The translations under genes and the position numbers were made by a program. Source: Chiloscyllium plagiosum (lineage: Eukaryota). From it: a stretch of 64,000 nucleotides of DNA. Below are positions 35,964 to 48,509 of the stretch, one piece after another. The notes under the pieces were generated by a model. That model worked only from the letters and a program-made list of their open reading frames with translations. It searched no databases and was not told the DNA's origin. The stretch covers positions 6,742,304 through 6,806,303 of the forward strand of contig NC_057756.1 in assembly GCF_004010195.1 (NCBI RefSeq), written 5' to 3'. The stretch's first letter is position 1; every line of letters starts with the position of its first letter.

Positions 35964-36270
35964 TCCATGCTAAATTGTCCTATAGTGACCAGGGATGTGC
36001 AGGTTAGGGTGGATTGGCAATTCGAAATTGTCCCATAATGCCCAGGGATGTACAGGCTAGGATGGATTGGCCATGCTAAATTGTTCCATAGTGTTCAGGG
36101 ATGTGCAGGTTAGGGTGGATTGGCCATGCTAAATTGTCCCATGGTGTCCAGGGATGTGCAGGCTAGGGTGGATTGTCCATGCTAAATTGTCCCATGGTGT
36201 CCATTCATGTACAGGTTAGGGTGGATTGTCCATGCTAGATTGTCCCATAGTGTCCAGGGATGTGCAGATT
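35964..36270 (+). repeat. ~53-bp HE1-derived tandem array (~6 copies; ~4 copies at 37813-38010)
   Basis: Unit ccatgctaaattgtcccatagtgtccagggatgtgcaggttagggtggattgg. Confidence 0.85.
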
Positions 36271-36664
36271 AGTTGTTAAGGGTGAGGACCAGTTCAGTGA
36301 AACGAATGAGAGTGTCAGTGGAAGGGTACTGCTGGGGACACCGGGAGAGGTAGAAACGGAGGGCTTGGAGGCCCTGGTCATGGCAGATGGAAGTGTAGAG
36401 GGATTGGATATCCATAGTAAAGATATAACTGTTAAGGGTGAGGACCATTCCTGATGAAGGGCTTTTGCCTGAAACATAAATTTTCCTGCTCCTCGGATAC
36501 TACCTGACCTGCTGTGCTTTTCCAGCACCACTCTAATCTAGACTCATGTGCAGATCAGTGTAGAGTAGTAAGGGAATGGGTCTGGGTGGCTTCCTCTTCG
36601 GAGGGTCGGTGTGGGCTTGGTGTGCCGAAGGGACTGTTTCCACACTGTAGGGAATCTAATCTAA

Positions 36665-36925
36665 TTCACACATAAGAAGGTGACATGATTTACAGCAAGT
36701 TAATCCAATGATATTTCCTGGGAAAGTGTTCTTAATTACAAGAAAAATCTAATCAACTGTAACATGGTGACATGATTGAAGACAGGCTAATCCATTGGTA
36801 TTCTTTGGAAAAGATATCACATTTACGTAAATCGTCATGCTATGTATCAGCTCAAGGTTAGTTCAAATGGTAAATTACTGTGACAGTATTCATTTCATGA
36901 AAACTCTATTATCCTCTTATCTGTG
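36665..36925 (-). repeat. Duplicated ERV LTR U3 fragment
   Basis: Near-identical to 34495-34725 but retains a ~24-nt segment (gtaaatcgtcatgctatgtatcag) that has a counterpart in the 3' LTR. Confidence 0.85.
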
Positions 36926-38829
36926 AATCCCCCATGAGATTCCCAGCATCATGAATATCAGCCTTTAGCCAATTTGATTCAGTCCATGTGACATCAAGGA
37001 ATGACCGAAGGCACAGGATATTGCAATGGTCATGAACCCATCTAAAATGCCTGCAACAGCACTGGGACAAGATGCAAAGCAGTACCAAAGCAAGAGTGGT
37101 GCAGAAAACCCTCCCTAACTCATGACGTAGACGGTCAGGGGAAGCAAAAGAATCGGCACACAAGAAGCTACCAGCTCAATCCCAACACACTGACTTGGGA
37201 CCATATCACCATTCACACAGTCAGAGAGGTGGACAGCATGGAAACAGATCCTTTGGTGCAACTCTTCCATACCGACCAGATATCCTCATTTAATCTAATC
37301 CCATTTGCCAGCATTTGGCCCATATCCCACATTTACGGCTGTAATCATGTTTTGAAGGAGACAGGGTGAGGTGTGTCACGAAGGTGGTCTGTAAAAATGG
37401 TAATACGGAACACTGTTGCCTCACACCGCCACGGACTCGGGTTCGATTTCCACCTCAGGCGACTGTCTGCGTGGAGTTTGTTCATTCTCCCCGTGTCTGC
37501 GTGGGTTTCCTCTGGGTGCTCCGGTTTCCTCCCACAATCCAAAGATGTGCAGGTTAGGGTGGATTGGCCATGCTCAATTGTCTGAGCTGAAAATGTGTTG
37601 CTGGAAAAGCGCAGCAGGTCAGGCAGCATCCAAGGAGCAGGGGAATCGATGTTTCGGGTATGAGCCTTTCTCTCACAGACAAGACCTCCCCCTGGATCCT
37701 CCGCTCCACGCTTGCAGCCATGCGCTGCTACCTACATTCCCTGCAATTAGCCCTACCCCAGCTCAGGACAACACTGTCACAGACACTCCAGCATCTGCAG
37801 TCCTCACTTTCTCCATGCTAAATTGTCCTATAGTGACCAGGGATGTGCAGGTTAGGGTGGATTGGCAATTCTAAACTGTCCCATAATGCCCAGGGATGTA
37901 CAGACTAGGATGGATTGGCCATGCTAAATTGTCCCATAGTGTTCAGGGATGTGCAGGTTAGGGTGAATTGTCCATGCTAAATTGTCCCATAGTGTCCATT
38001 GATGTGCAGATTAGTTGTTAAGGGTGAGGATCAGTTCAATCAAACGAATGAGAGTGTGGGTGGAAGCGTACTGTTGGGGATGTCGGGAGAGGTAGAAACG
38101 GAGGCTTGGAGGCCCTGGTCATAGCAGATGGAAGTGTAGAGGGATTGGATATCCATGGTGAAGATATAACTGTTAAGGGTGAGGACCATTCCTGATGAAG
38201 GGTTTTTGCCTGAAACGTCAATTTTCCTGCTCCTCGGATGCTACCTGACCTGCTGTGCTTTTCCACTCTAATCTAGACTCATGTGCAGATCAGTGTAGAG
38301 TGGTAAGGGAATGGGTCTGGGTGGCTTCCTCTTCGGAGGGTCGGTGTGGACTTGATGGGACGAACGGCCAGTTTCCACACTGTAGGGATTCTATGGATTC
38401 TATGGTAACAGATTGGGGCTGAGAGGTATATTATACCACCTTTCACACTTACTTTTACCAGATTACGAGGCAATCTTTTCTGGGTGTTTCAGTTTTCTTA
38501 TCAGAGGAGTGTCAGCCTCTGCTTTGTAACAGACAGACCAAACCATGAGCCAACATTTCATGATGTAGATCACCTCAGAGGCAACACACCAAACAACAGC
38601 AGCTGAAATAAAAAGCTGCAACTGCTCGAGCAGTGATGACAGTTCCAGACACAATCACTGGGCGAATTACAGAAGCTGACAGCTCCATGATGTTTGATGT
38701 GTCCTTCTTTATGATTTGGTGAATTTCACCCTAAAAACATTTAACTGCATTTATATTTGCTGTTAATACCTCCATCATGTCTTTTGATGTCACAGGTTCA
38801 TGATCGAGATTGGAGTTGTTCACACTGTC

Positions 38830-39250
38830 ATGTTGGACCATCAGATACAGGAGCAGAATTGGCTCATTGAGTCTGCTACCCATTGGATCATGGCTGATAT
38901 GGTTCTTAACTCCATTCTCCTGCCTTCTCCCCCTAACCTATGGTCCCCTCACTCATCGAGAACCTATCTGTCACTATTTTAAACACACTCAGTGACATGG
39001 CCTCCATAGCCTTCTGTAGCAGTGAGTTGTACAGAGACACTATTCTCTGTCAGAAGAAACTCTTTCTCATCTCAGTTCGAAAGGTCGCCCCGTCACTCTC
39101 AGGCTGTGCCCTCGGGTCCTAGTCTCTCCTCCTAGTGGAAATATCTCCACCACATCCATTTTATCCAGACCTGTCAGAATTCTGTAGGTTTCAATGAGAT
39201 CATCCTCATCCTTCTGAACTCCATCGAAAACAGATCCAGACTCCCCAGTT
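38830..39250 (-). mobile_element. Older CR1 3' fragment
   Basis: ggatcatggctgat tail motif; cagaagaaactctttctcatctcag corresponds to EMRKSFF on the minus strand. Confidence 0.7.
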
Positions 39251-39284
39251 GTTCTGAGAAGAATGATCGATTTTTGTACGTTAA

Positions 39285-41080
39285 AACCTCCAAAGGGATT
39301 TCATAAATACATTAAGTCTAAAAGGGTAACTTAGGAGAAACTAGGGCCCATCAAAGATCAGCAAGGCACCACCCGTGTGGAGTCACAGGAGATGGGGGAG
39401 ATACTAAAGGAGTATTTTGCATCAGTGTTTACTGTGGAGAAGGCCATGGAAGACATAGAATGTGGTGTCTTGTTGAAAATGTGCATATTACAGAGGGGAA
39501 TGTGCTGGACAGTCTTAAAATGCATAAAAGTGGATAAATGCCCGGGACCTGATGAGGTGTACCCTCGAACTCTGGAGGAATGTCAAGAAATGATTGCAGG
39601 GCCCCTTGCTGCAATATTTGCACCATCAGTAGTCACAGGTGTGGTGCCAGATGACTGGAGGTTGGCTTTTTCAGAAAGATTGTAAGGAAATGCCAGGGAA
39701 GTGTAGACCAGTGAGCCTGTCATCAGTGGTGTGCAAGTTGTTGGAGGGAACTTGAGGGACAGGATTTAAATGCATTTAGGAAGGCAAGGACTGATTAGGG
39801 ATAATCAGCATGGCTTTGTGCATGGGAAATCATGTCTCACAAGCTCAACTGAGTTTTTGTGAAGAAGCAACAAAGAGGATTGATGAGGGCAGAGTGGTAT
39901 ATGTGATATCTATGGACTTCAGTAAGGTGTTCAATAACGTTCATCTTGGGAGGCTGGTTAGCCAGGTTAGATCTCATGGAATACAGGGAAGACCAGCCAT
40001 TTGGACACAGAACTGGCTTGAAGGTAGAAGACAGGAGGTGGTTGTGGACGGAGGTTTTTCAGACTGGAGACCTGTGAACAGTGGTATGCATCAAGGATCG
40101 GTGCTGGGTCCACTGCTTTTCATCATTTATACAAATGATTTGGATGTGAACACTGGGGGCATAATTAGTAAGTTTGCAGATGACACCAAGATTTGAAGTG
40201 TAATGGACAGCAAATAAAGTCACCTCAGAGTACAATGGGACCTTGATTCGATGGGCCAATTGGCTGAGGAGTGGCAGATGCAGTTTAATTTAGATAAACG
40301 TGAGATGTTGCATTTTGGAAAAGCAAATCAGAGCAGGACTATATACTTAATGGTAAGGTCCGCGGGAATATTGCTGAACAAAGAGACCTTGGAGTGCAGG
40401 TTCATAGTTCCTTGAAAGCAAAACCACAGTAGATAAGCGAGTGAGGAAAGCGTTTGGGATTGCTTTCCTTTATTGGACAGAGCATAGTGTATAGGATTTG
40501 GGAGGTCATGTTGCAGCTGTACAGAACATTGGTTCGGCCACTTTTGGAATTCTGCGTGCAGTTCTGGTCGCCTTCCTGTCCGAAGGATGTTGTGAAACTT
40601 GAAAGGGTTCAGAAAAGATTTATAAGGATGTTGCCAGGGTTGGAGGATTTAAGCTAAAGGGAGAGGCTGATTTGGCTGGGGCTGTGTTCCCTGGAGCATT
40701 GGAGGCTGAGGGGTGACCTTGTAGAGGTTTATAAAATTATGAGGGGCAAGGGTAGGATAAATAGACAAAGTCTTTTCCCTGGGCTTGGGGAATCCAGAAC
40801 TAGAGGGCATAGGTTTAGAGTGAGAGGGGAAGAGACCTCAGGGGCAACGTTTTCACCCAGACGGTGGTACTGTATGGAATGCGCTGCCAGAGGAAGTGAT
40901 GGAGGTTGGTACAATTGCAACATTTAAAAGAGATCTGGATGGGTATATGAATAGGAAGGGTTTGGAGGGATATGGGCCGGGCGCTGGCAGGTGGGACTAG
41001 ATTGGGTTGGGATATCTGGTCGGCATGGACAGGTTGAACCGAAGTGTCTGTATCTGTGCTGTATAACTCTATGCCTCCAT
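39285..41080 (+). mobile_element. CR1 LINE ORF2 to 3' tail, degraded
   Basis: KCPGPD, SGMHQGSVLGP, FADDTK, LEFCVQFWSP and tail. Confidence 0.92.
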
Positions 41081-41149
41081 GACCGACAGTCAGGAAGGGA
41101 CTGAAGGGTATTTTGATTTCCAAATGGCACCGATCAGGACAGGCTTAGA

Positions 41150-41740
41150 TTGTGAAACAGATTTGACAAAGATTGATTGGAAAGTAAATTGTGAAGAGGA
41201 GGTACGAGGTTTTTCAAGTTAAGAGACAAAGCACAGCAATGAAACTGAAGTACAAAGGGATCTGGGAGTGCTCGCCCAGGATTCTCTAACAGTCAACTGG
41301 AAGGTGGAGTCCGTGATTAAGGAAGTGGAGTGTAATGTTATTTATCTCAAGAGGGTTGGAATATAAAAGCAGCTTCTGAGACTTCATAAAGTTCTAGTTA
41401 GGCCTCATTTAGAATACTGTGTCCAATTTTGGGCCCCACACCTCAGGAAGGACATACTGGCATGGAATGTGTCCGGCACATGATGATCCCTGGAATGCTA
41501 ATCCTAGGATACGATGAATGGCTGAGTTCAGAAGTTTGAGGAGAAATCTAATAGAAACTTATAAGATAATGTATGGCTGAGAAAGGGTTGATGCTGGGAA
41601 GTTGTTTCCATTAGGAGGGGAGACTAGGATCCGTGGGAGAGTGCGGGTAAGTGGAGTTGAAATGCCCATCAGCCATGATTAAATGGCGGAGTGGACTTGG
41701 GCCGAATGGCCTTACTTCCACCCCTTTGTCTTCTGGTCTT
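41150..41740 (+). mobile_element. CR1 3' fragment (other subfamily)
   Basis: [19 protein letters not shown], tail ggccgaatggccttacttcc. Confidence 0.8.
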
Positions 41741-43009
41741 AATTGAACATGCTGGTGCAGTTAGGACGACAAATAGTGTAGGAGCAGATCTTACCAGGGA
41801 TTGGAGGAAGAGAGTGAGGAAAAGGCATCAGGTTATTACAGCCTGCAGTGAAACTTGACCAGGGACCAATTCTGTTTTGCTGCAAACAGTTCCAAAAGTG
41901 TCTGAGCCTGGAGCTCCCTCCAATCTGAAAGCCGCATTAACCTCCACCCTGTATTCTGTCTCTGAGCCGATGGTGTATCCNNNNNNNNNNNNNNNNNNNN
42001 NNNNNNNNNNNNNNNNNNNNNNNNNNNNNNNNNNNNNNNNNNNNNNNNNNNNNNNNNNNNNNNNNNNNNNNNNNNNNNNNNNNNNNNNNNNNNNNNNNNN
42101 NNNNNNNNNNNNNNNNNNNNNNNNNNNNNNNNNNNNNNNNNNNNNNNNNNNNNNNNNNNNNNNNNNNNNNNNNNNNNNNNNNNNNNNNNNNNNNNNNNNN
42201 NNNNNNNNNNNNNNNNNNNNNNNNNNNNNNNNNNNNNNNNNNNNNNNNNNNNNNNNNNNNNNNNNNNNNNNNNNNNNNNNNNNNNNNNNNNNNNNNNNNN
42301 NNNNNNNNNNNNNNNNNNNNNNNNNNNNNNNNNNNNNNNNNNNNNNNNNNNNNNNNNNNNNNNNNNNNNNNNNNNNNNNNNNNNNNNNNNNNNNNNNNNN
42401 NNNNNNNNNNNNNNNNNNNNNNNNNNNNNNNNNNNNNNNNNNNNNNNNNNNNNNNNNNNNNNNNNNNNNNNNNNNNNNNNNNNNNNNNNNNNNNNNNNNN
42501 NNNNNNNNNNNNNNNNNNNNNNNNNNNNNNNNNCCCATTCTCAAGATGGAGCAATGTCTGACTGAAAACAGAGACTGTTGTGCTTCCCAGATACAGTCCC
42601 AGAGAGTTCTCAGGGTGAGATGTTCTGGAGGACATTGAACTGAAACAGAGAAACCAGGAGCAGGAGGAGGCCATTCAGCCCCTCTGACCCTGCTCTCCCA
42701 TTCAGTACGATGACGGCTGATCCTCTATCTCAACGCCACTTTCTCTCCATACTCTGTGATGTCTTTAATCTGGAAAAGGATCATCAGGCTCTTTCCTGAA
42801 TATATCCAGGGAGTTAACCTCCACACATTCAGACCCAGGGAGGTTTTGTCCCTGAGGGAGGGCAGGTTCAGATCTGCAGGAAGAATAGAAAAAGCAGAAC
42901 ACTTCTGTTTAAAGTGGTGAGAAAATCTGAAATTAATATTTAGGGGGTTCAGCTGATCTTGTACACATATGTCAGAGAGTTAACCCAATGATAGTGTCAG
43001 GAAATAGGA

Positions 43010-44685
43010 CGACAAGCATTATATCAATGCAAAGAGACTAACAGGGAAGGTGGATGAACTCAGGGCACGGTTAGGAACATGGGGCTGGGATATCATAGTG
43101 ATTAAAGAGACGTGGTTCAGGGATGGACAGGACTGGCAGCTTAATGTTCCCTGATACAAATCCAATAGGCAGGATAGGAAGGTGGGGCAAGACAGGGGAG
43201 GGAATGACATTTTTGATCAGGGATAATATCACGGCTGTACTTGGGCAGGATATTCCTGAGAATACATGGAATGAAGTTATTTGGGTGGAACTGAGAAATG
43301 AGAATGGGATGATCACCTTATTGGGATTGTATTATAGACTGCAGGAGAAAGTGAGGACTGAAGATGCTGGAGATCAGAGTCGAGAGTGTGGTGTTGGAAA
43401 AGCACAGCAGGTCAGGCAGCATCCAAGGACCAGGAGAATCGACGTTTCAGACGTTTCACTTTCCTGATGAATGGATTATGCCTGAAAAGGCAATTCTCCT
43501 GCTCTTCAGATGCTGACTGACCTGCTGAGCTTTTCCAGCACCACACTCATGTACTATATCCTTGTTCAGCAGGAAATTAAAGTGTCTATTAATTTTAAAA
43601 CAACGATGGAAAAGGATAGGCTGGATCTAAAAGTTAAAGTTCTAAATGGGAGGAAGGCTAATTTTGACGGTATTCGGCAAGAACATTCAAAAGTTCAGTG
43701 GGGGAGTTGGGGTGAGGGATGTTTTGCAGATAAAGGGATGGCTGGAAAATGGGAAGCCTTCGAAAATGAGACGACGAGAGTCCAGCGAGAATATGTTGCT
43801 GTTAGGGGGAATGATAAGGAAAGGTAAGGTATAGGAAAAGCTGGATGACGAGAGAAATTGAGGTTTTGGTTAAGAAAATAAACTTATTTCAGGGATAGAC
43901 AGCAGAAATTGAGTTAATCCTGGGAAGAATATAATGGCTGCAGGAGTATACTTAAGAGGGAAATCAGGAGGGCAAAAAGGGGACATGAGATCGATTTGGC
44001 AAATAGGGTTAAGGAGAATTCCTAAGGGATTGTATCAATACATTAATGATAAAAGGGTAACGAGGGAGGCAATAGGGCTCCTCAAAGATCAGCAGGGCAG
44101 CCTATAAGTGGTACTACAGGAGATGGGGGTAGGTATTAAATGAGTATTTTGCATCAGTATTTACTGTGTTTCCAGAGTGGAGGCCTGTGACCAGTGGTGT
44201 ACCACAAGGATCAGTGCTGGGTCCACTGCTTTTTATCACTTATATAAATGGTTTGGATGTGAATGCAGGAGGTATAGTTAGTAAGTTTGCAGATGACGCC
44301 AGAATTGGAGGTGTAGTAAACAGCGAAGAAGGTTAGCCCAGAGTACAATGGGATCTTGATCAGAGGGGCCGATGGGTCAAGGAGTGGCAGGTGGAGTTTA
44401 ATTTAGATCAATGTGAGGTGCTGCATTTGGAAAGTCAAATCAAGGTGTTATGCACTTAATGGTAAGGTCGAGGGGAGTGTTGCTGAACCAAGAGACCTTG
44501 GCATGCAGCTTTATAGCTCCTGGAAAGTAGAGTCACAAGCAGATAGGATAGTGAAGAAGGCATTTGGTATGCTGTCCATTATTGGTCAGTGTAAAGGAGT
44601 ATTGAGTATAGGAGTTGGGAGGTCACATTGAGGCTGTACAGGACATTGGTTCAGCCACTTTTGGAATATTGTGTGCAATTCTGGA
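43010..44685 (+). mobile_element. CR1 ORF2 (EN start to RT end) with large deletions; fold-back PLE piece inserted at ~43342-43548
   Basis: YINAK, ETW, IWVELRN, SGVPQGSVLGP, FADD; the insert has inverted arms around a decayed CTGATGA motif. Confidence 0.85.
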
Positions 44686-44686
44686 C

Positions 44687-45051
44687 GATGTCGCAGTCAG
44701 AAATGTGAAGGATAGGCATTCCCCAAGCAGAGACGCAGAGTTCAACTCAGTTCAAACTGTCTCCATCAAACGTATCCCACACCCAGATACAAACAATCTC
44801 TCGGCTGCGCTACAACAGGGTCGGTATATCACTGGCTCTGTATTCTCAACTGGACCTGTACTCTTCCACAAATTCAGCACCGAGTTCTTTGTTTGATTCC
44901 CTCTGTTCTGCTGTTCATTCTCTGATGGATTCCTGGATCTGAATGTCCTCATGAAGAGACGTTCTAAATCCATGGGCCATGTCCTGCTCCTAAACACAGC
45001 GTCTGATTTCATTGCGGTGTGTGATAGAGGAGCCCCTTGGTGTCGGGGGAG
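44687..45051 (+). other. Putative non-coding exon-like block, paralogous (inverted) to 3303-3663
   Basis: gatgtcgcagtca...ctcctaaacacagcgtctgatttcatt...GGGGAG|GTCAGT. Confidence 0.4.
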
Positions 45052-45493
45052 GTCAGTCTCTCTCATGTATAATCTCACTATCACTCTCTTGCACACAATC
45101 TCTCTCTCTCTTTCTCTATCTCTCTTTCCTCCTCTCCAACAGATGATCTTGCTTTCGTTCTTGTGTCTAAACGAACCAAGGGACATGAGGGGGAGGATGG
45201 GATTAGAGAATTGCGTTCGATGATCGCACTCACTCTCTCACACTTTCTCCTGCACGTACTCTCAAATATGCAAGTGACTCTATGTGTGTGTGTGTGAGAC
45301 CGTGTGTGTGTGTGTGTGTGTCAGTGGGGCCCTGTATTATTGGGTAATTAAAACTTTTCATCTGGTACTTATTATGACATGAAACATGACTTTCTGGATA
45401 CATGTATACAGATCACAGAAAGCTAATGCTATGGTGTCACCAAATATTTGCAGAACACGTTATGATTTGCCAGTTAATCCCAAGGGATGGGAG

Positions 45494-45544
45494 ATGATCC
45501 CTGTACAATCCCAGGAAGCCTTCCTGGGATTGTACAGGGATCAT
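45494..45544. repeat. 51-bp near-perfect palindrome
   Basis: atgatccctgtacaatcccaggaag-c-cttcctgggattgtacagggatcat. Confidence 0.97.
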
Positions 45545-45717
45545 GGACACCATGAGCCAACTCAAAAAGGCTAACAGGTGGATGTGGCAGTTTGCAGATC
45601 CTCTGGGATTGGATAGAGTAACAGACAGAGACACACACACTGACCAAGGAATAGGGTTTGTGAGAAGGATATTTCGATGCAGAGATGGTAAGTGAGTGAG
45701 TAAAACATTGTCCGATT

Positions 45718-45935
45718 CTGAAATCTAATCAAGAAGTTTGGAGGTGGTTTATATAAAGAATAACAGGTACCTGGGAGTGAGTTACCAACTGGAATCTAAT
45801 CAAGGGGTTTGAGGTGGTTTATATCGGGTATAACAGGTACCTAGGAGTGAGTTACCAACTGGAATCTAATGAAGGGGTTTGAGGTGGTTTATATCTGCTA
45901 GAACAGCTACCTGGGAGTGAGTTTCAGACTGAAAT
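45718..45935 (+). repeat. ~70-bp tandem repeat, 3 copies
   Basis: ctggaatctaatcaaggggtttgaggtggtttatat...aacaggtacctgggagtgagttaccaa at 45718, 45789, 45859. Confidence 0.9.
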
Positions 45936-47339
45936 TTAGCATGGCCCATCCGCCCTAACGTGCACATTTTTGGATTGTGGGAGGGAAGTGAAGCCTTTTC
46001 TGCAAGCACCCGCAGTTTGTGTCTATTTGATGTTTAAACTTCCTGCACAATTCCCATGTGTCAGGAGGTCTGCGCTGGTGAATGCACCCTCCTTTGGTGA
46101 TATCGCAACAACATCTCTCACCATGACTCAGATATCCAGACAGCCGGAAATTCAGGCCAGTGCAATTCTGAGCAACTGAGCCTCCTATTTTATTGATAAA
46201 GCAGTGTGGTGGCTGGATTGCTGTGCAGACTGATGTTAACAACTATTTCAATCCCTGTCCCAACTGTGCCAGTTTAGGCAGGTCTGACTCCCAGTCTTGA
46301 CCCAGACACTGATGTGGAGTGGGGCTAATTATTTCTGATTGTTTTCCCTCGCTCAGATAGAGAGACAGCCATGGTCCCTTGAAGGGGCTACACCTCCTTC
46401 CTTGTTAACCAACAACCCCCCCCCCCCCTTTGACAATATGAGTGCAAACAAAAATGAAAAGAACAAATTAAGTAATGATGGTAAACCATTTGAGGTAAGG
46501 TCAAAACTTCATCAAAGTATGAACAACTGGATGATATTCGTGATCATTGATGCTTTATTAAGAGAATGGAAGAACAAGTTGAAGCAAGAAGAGCAACGTT
46601 CAGACTGACATTAACAGAACGACATTTGCTGTGGAGATTTTGAATTAAACTCTTCAGATACAACAGGGACAGGTNNNNNNNNNNNNNNNNNNNNNNNNNN
46701 NNNNNNNNNNNNNNNNNNNNNNNNNNNNNNNNNNNNNNNNNNNNNNNNNNNNNNNNNNNNNNNNNNNNNNNNNNNNNNNNNNNNNNNNNNNNNNNNNNNN
46801 NNNNNNNNNNNNNNNNNNNNNNNNNNNNNNNNNNNNNNNNNNNNNNNNNNNNNNNNNNNNNNNNNNNNNNNNNNNNNNNNNNNNNNNNNNNNNNNNNNNN
46901 NNNNNNNNNNNNNNNNNNNNNNNNNNNNNNNNNNNNNNNNNNNNNNNNNNNNNNNNNNNNNNNNNNNNNNNNNNNNNNNNNNNNNNNNNNNNNNNNNNNN
47001 NNNNNNNNNNNNNNNNNNNNNNNNNNNNNNNNNNNNNNNNNNNNNNNNNNNNNNNNNNNNNNNNNNNNNNNNNNNNNNNNNNNNNNNNNNNNNNNNNNNN
47101 NNNNNNNNNNNNNNNNNNNNNNNNNNNNNNNNNNNNNNNNNNNNNNNNNNNNNNNNNNNNNNNNNNNNNNTCCTCACTGTGTCACTGGAGGGTTTCCCTC
47201 TTCTATTAATAAGATGCTGCCTTCAATGTGTCATCGCATAGTATCCACGGCAACATCATCCTCAATGCAATTGGGATAATAAGCTCCAGAGAGAGGGAGA
47301 AATCAGAATCTGAGAACACTAGACAGGAATGTTTCATCA

Positions 47340-47514
47340 ATGGATCAGAATCAGAGAACAATAGACTGGAATGTTACAATAATAGACAAGAGTTTATCCC
47401 ATGGTCTTAACTATATTTCTAAGGATTGGGCATCGTTATCATTGCGGATACAATGTGCATTAATGATTATTCAGGCAGGTTACTTTCCCATCCTCGCTAT
47501 TGCTGGTGTTCCTG
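47340..47514 (+). CDS. Coding exon 1 of a class A GPCR, GPR139/GPR142-like (N-terminus and start of TM1)
   Basis: MDQNQRTIDWNVTII...IQCALMIIQAGYFPILAIAGVP ends at a strong phase-1 donor CCTG|GTAAGT; in-frame stop upstream at 47280; NVT sequon; the YxxxLxxxGxP then intron pattern matches GPR139-family exon 1 as I recall it. Confidence 0.75.
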
Positions 47515-48509
47515 GTAAGTCTATCGCTGTCCATTTAATACTTTTGCAAACAATTGTGAGCGTGTTGTTTTTTTTTTTGCTATCCATATTTGTCAAAGGT
47601 GTAAACTACTGTACTCACTTTGAAACGCAAACTCTATTCCTATTCCATGAATTTCAAATCCTTCACATACAAACGCCTCAGAAGAAACAAAATTGTTCTT
47701 AATAATGATTGCCCCCTTTTTTTTGGGCCAATGTATATCTCAATATTCCGTCTATCATCAAGCTGTCTACCCCAACTCTGTAATATCACGATTCTTCACT
47801 TCTGCATCATCTAAACGTTTCCGATTGCAGTCCTCTCTGGTGGCTCTTAATGTTGCAAATATTTTGATCGCAATTGTATTCTTAACTCTACCTGTAGTTA
47901 TGACAGGTGCAAATACTGGAACAAGTTTGATTCTAATTTGAGGTAGCCACAGCATGTGTTACCTGTATCATCAGAACCTGTAACCTCACACTGAGGAGAT
48001 GATGGTGCTGTCAGTGACCATGATGTAACAGCTTCATGGAATAGTTTTAATTCGAGAACTTTCCAAACAGTAGTGGTTGCAATGTCCATTATCTACCGAG
48101 TCCAGTTCTCTGACATTCACACTTAGTGATGAAGGACTTTTCTGCTCCAGAGGGGACCATAAAGAAAATCTTCCAGAAATACTATGGACGATTGCCTCGT
48201 GAAAATGGGAAACAGTGGTTGATTAGAATTAATAACGTGAATTTATTTTAAAAAATCTAAATGAATTGAAATTTGGTATGTTGCGGCACCAGATGAGCTC
48301 CATCCTAGAGTATTCTGGAGGTGGCAATAGAGCCATTGAAAGAGTTATGAGATCATACAGCACGGAAACAGAACCTTCTGTTCAACCAGTTCATGCTGGT
48401 CATAATCTGAAACTAACCTAATTCATCAAAACTTTTCTGCGCATGTACGGAAACAAATGTCTATTAATCGTTGTAACTATGAGAAAGTATGATTGATTCC
48501 ACGTCCTTA

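Larger units (their letters stand above)
34393..38392 (+). repeat. Tandem segmental duplication (unit 1 ~34393-36567, unit 2 ~36568-38392)
   Basis: Same order of HE1 tail, LTR U3 piece, CR1 tail, HE1, PLE piece, 53-bp array and PLE piece in both units, with high identity. Confidence 0.9.

Noticed and set aside
47515..47702. Hydrophobic continuation of the GPCR ORF
   Set aside because: Lies after a consensus GTAAGT donor and is T-rich intron-like sequence
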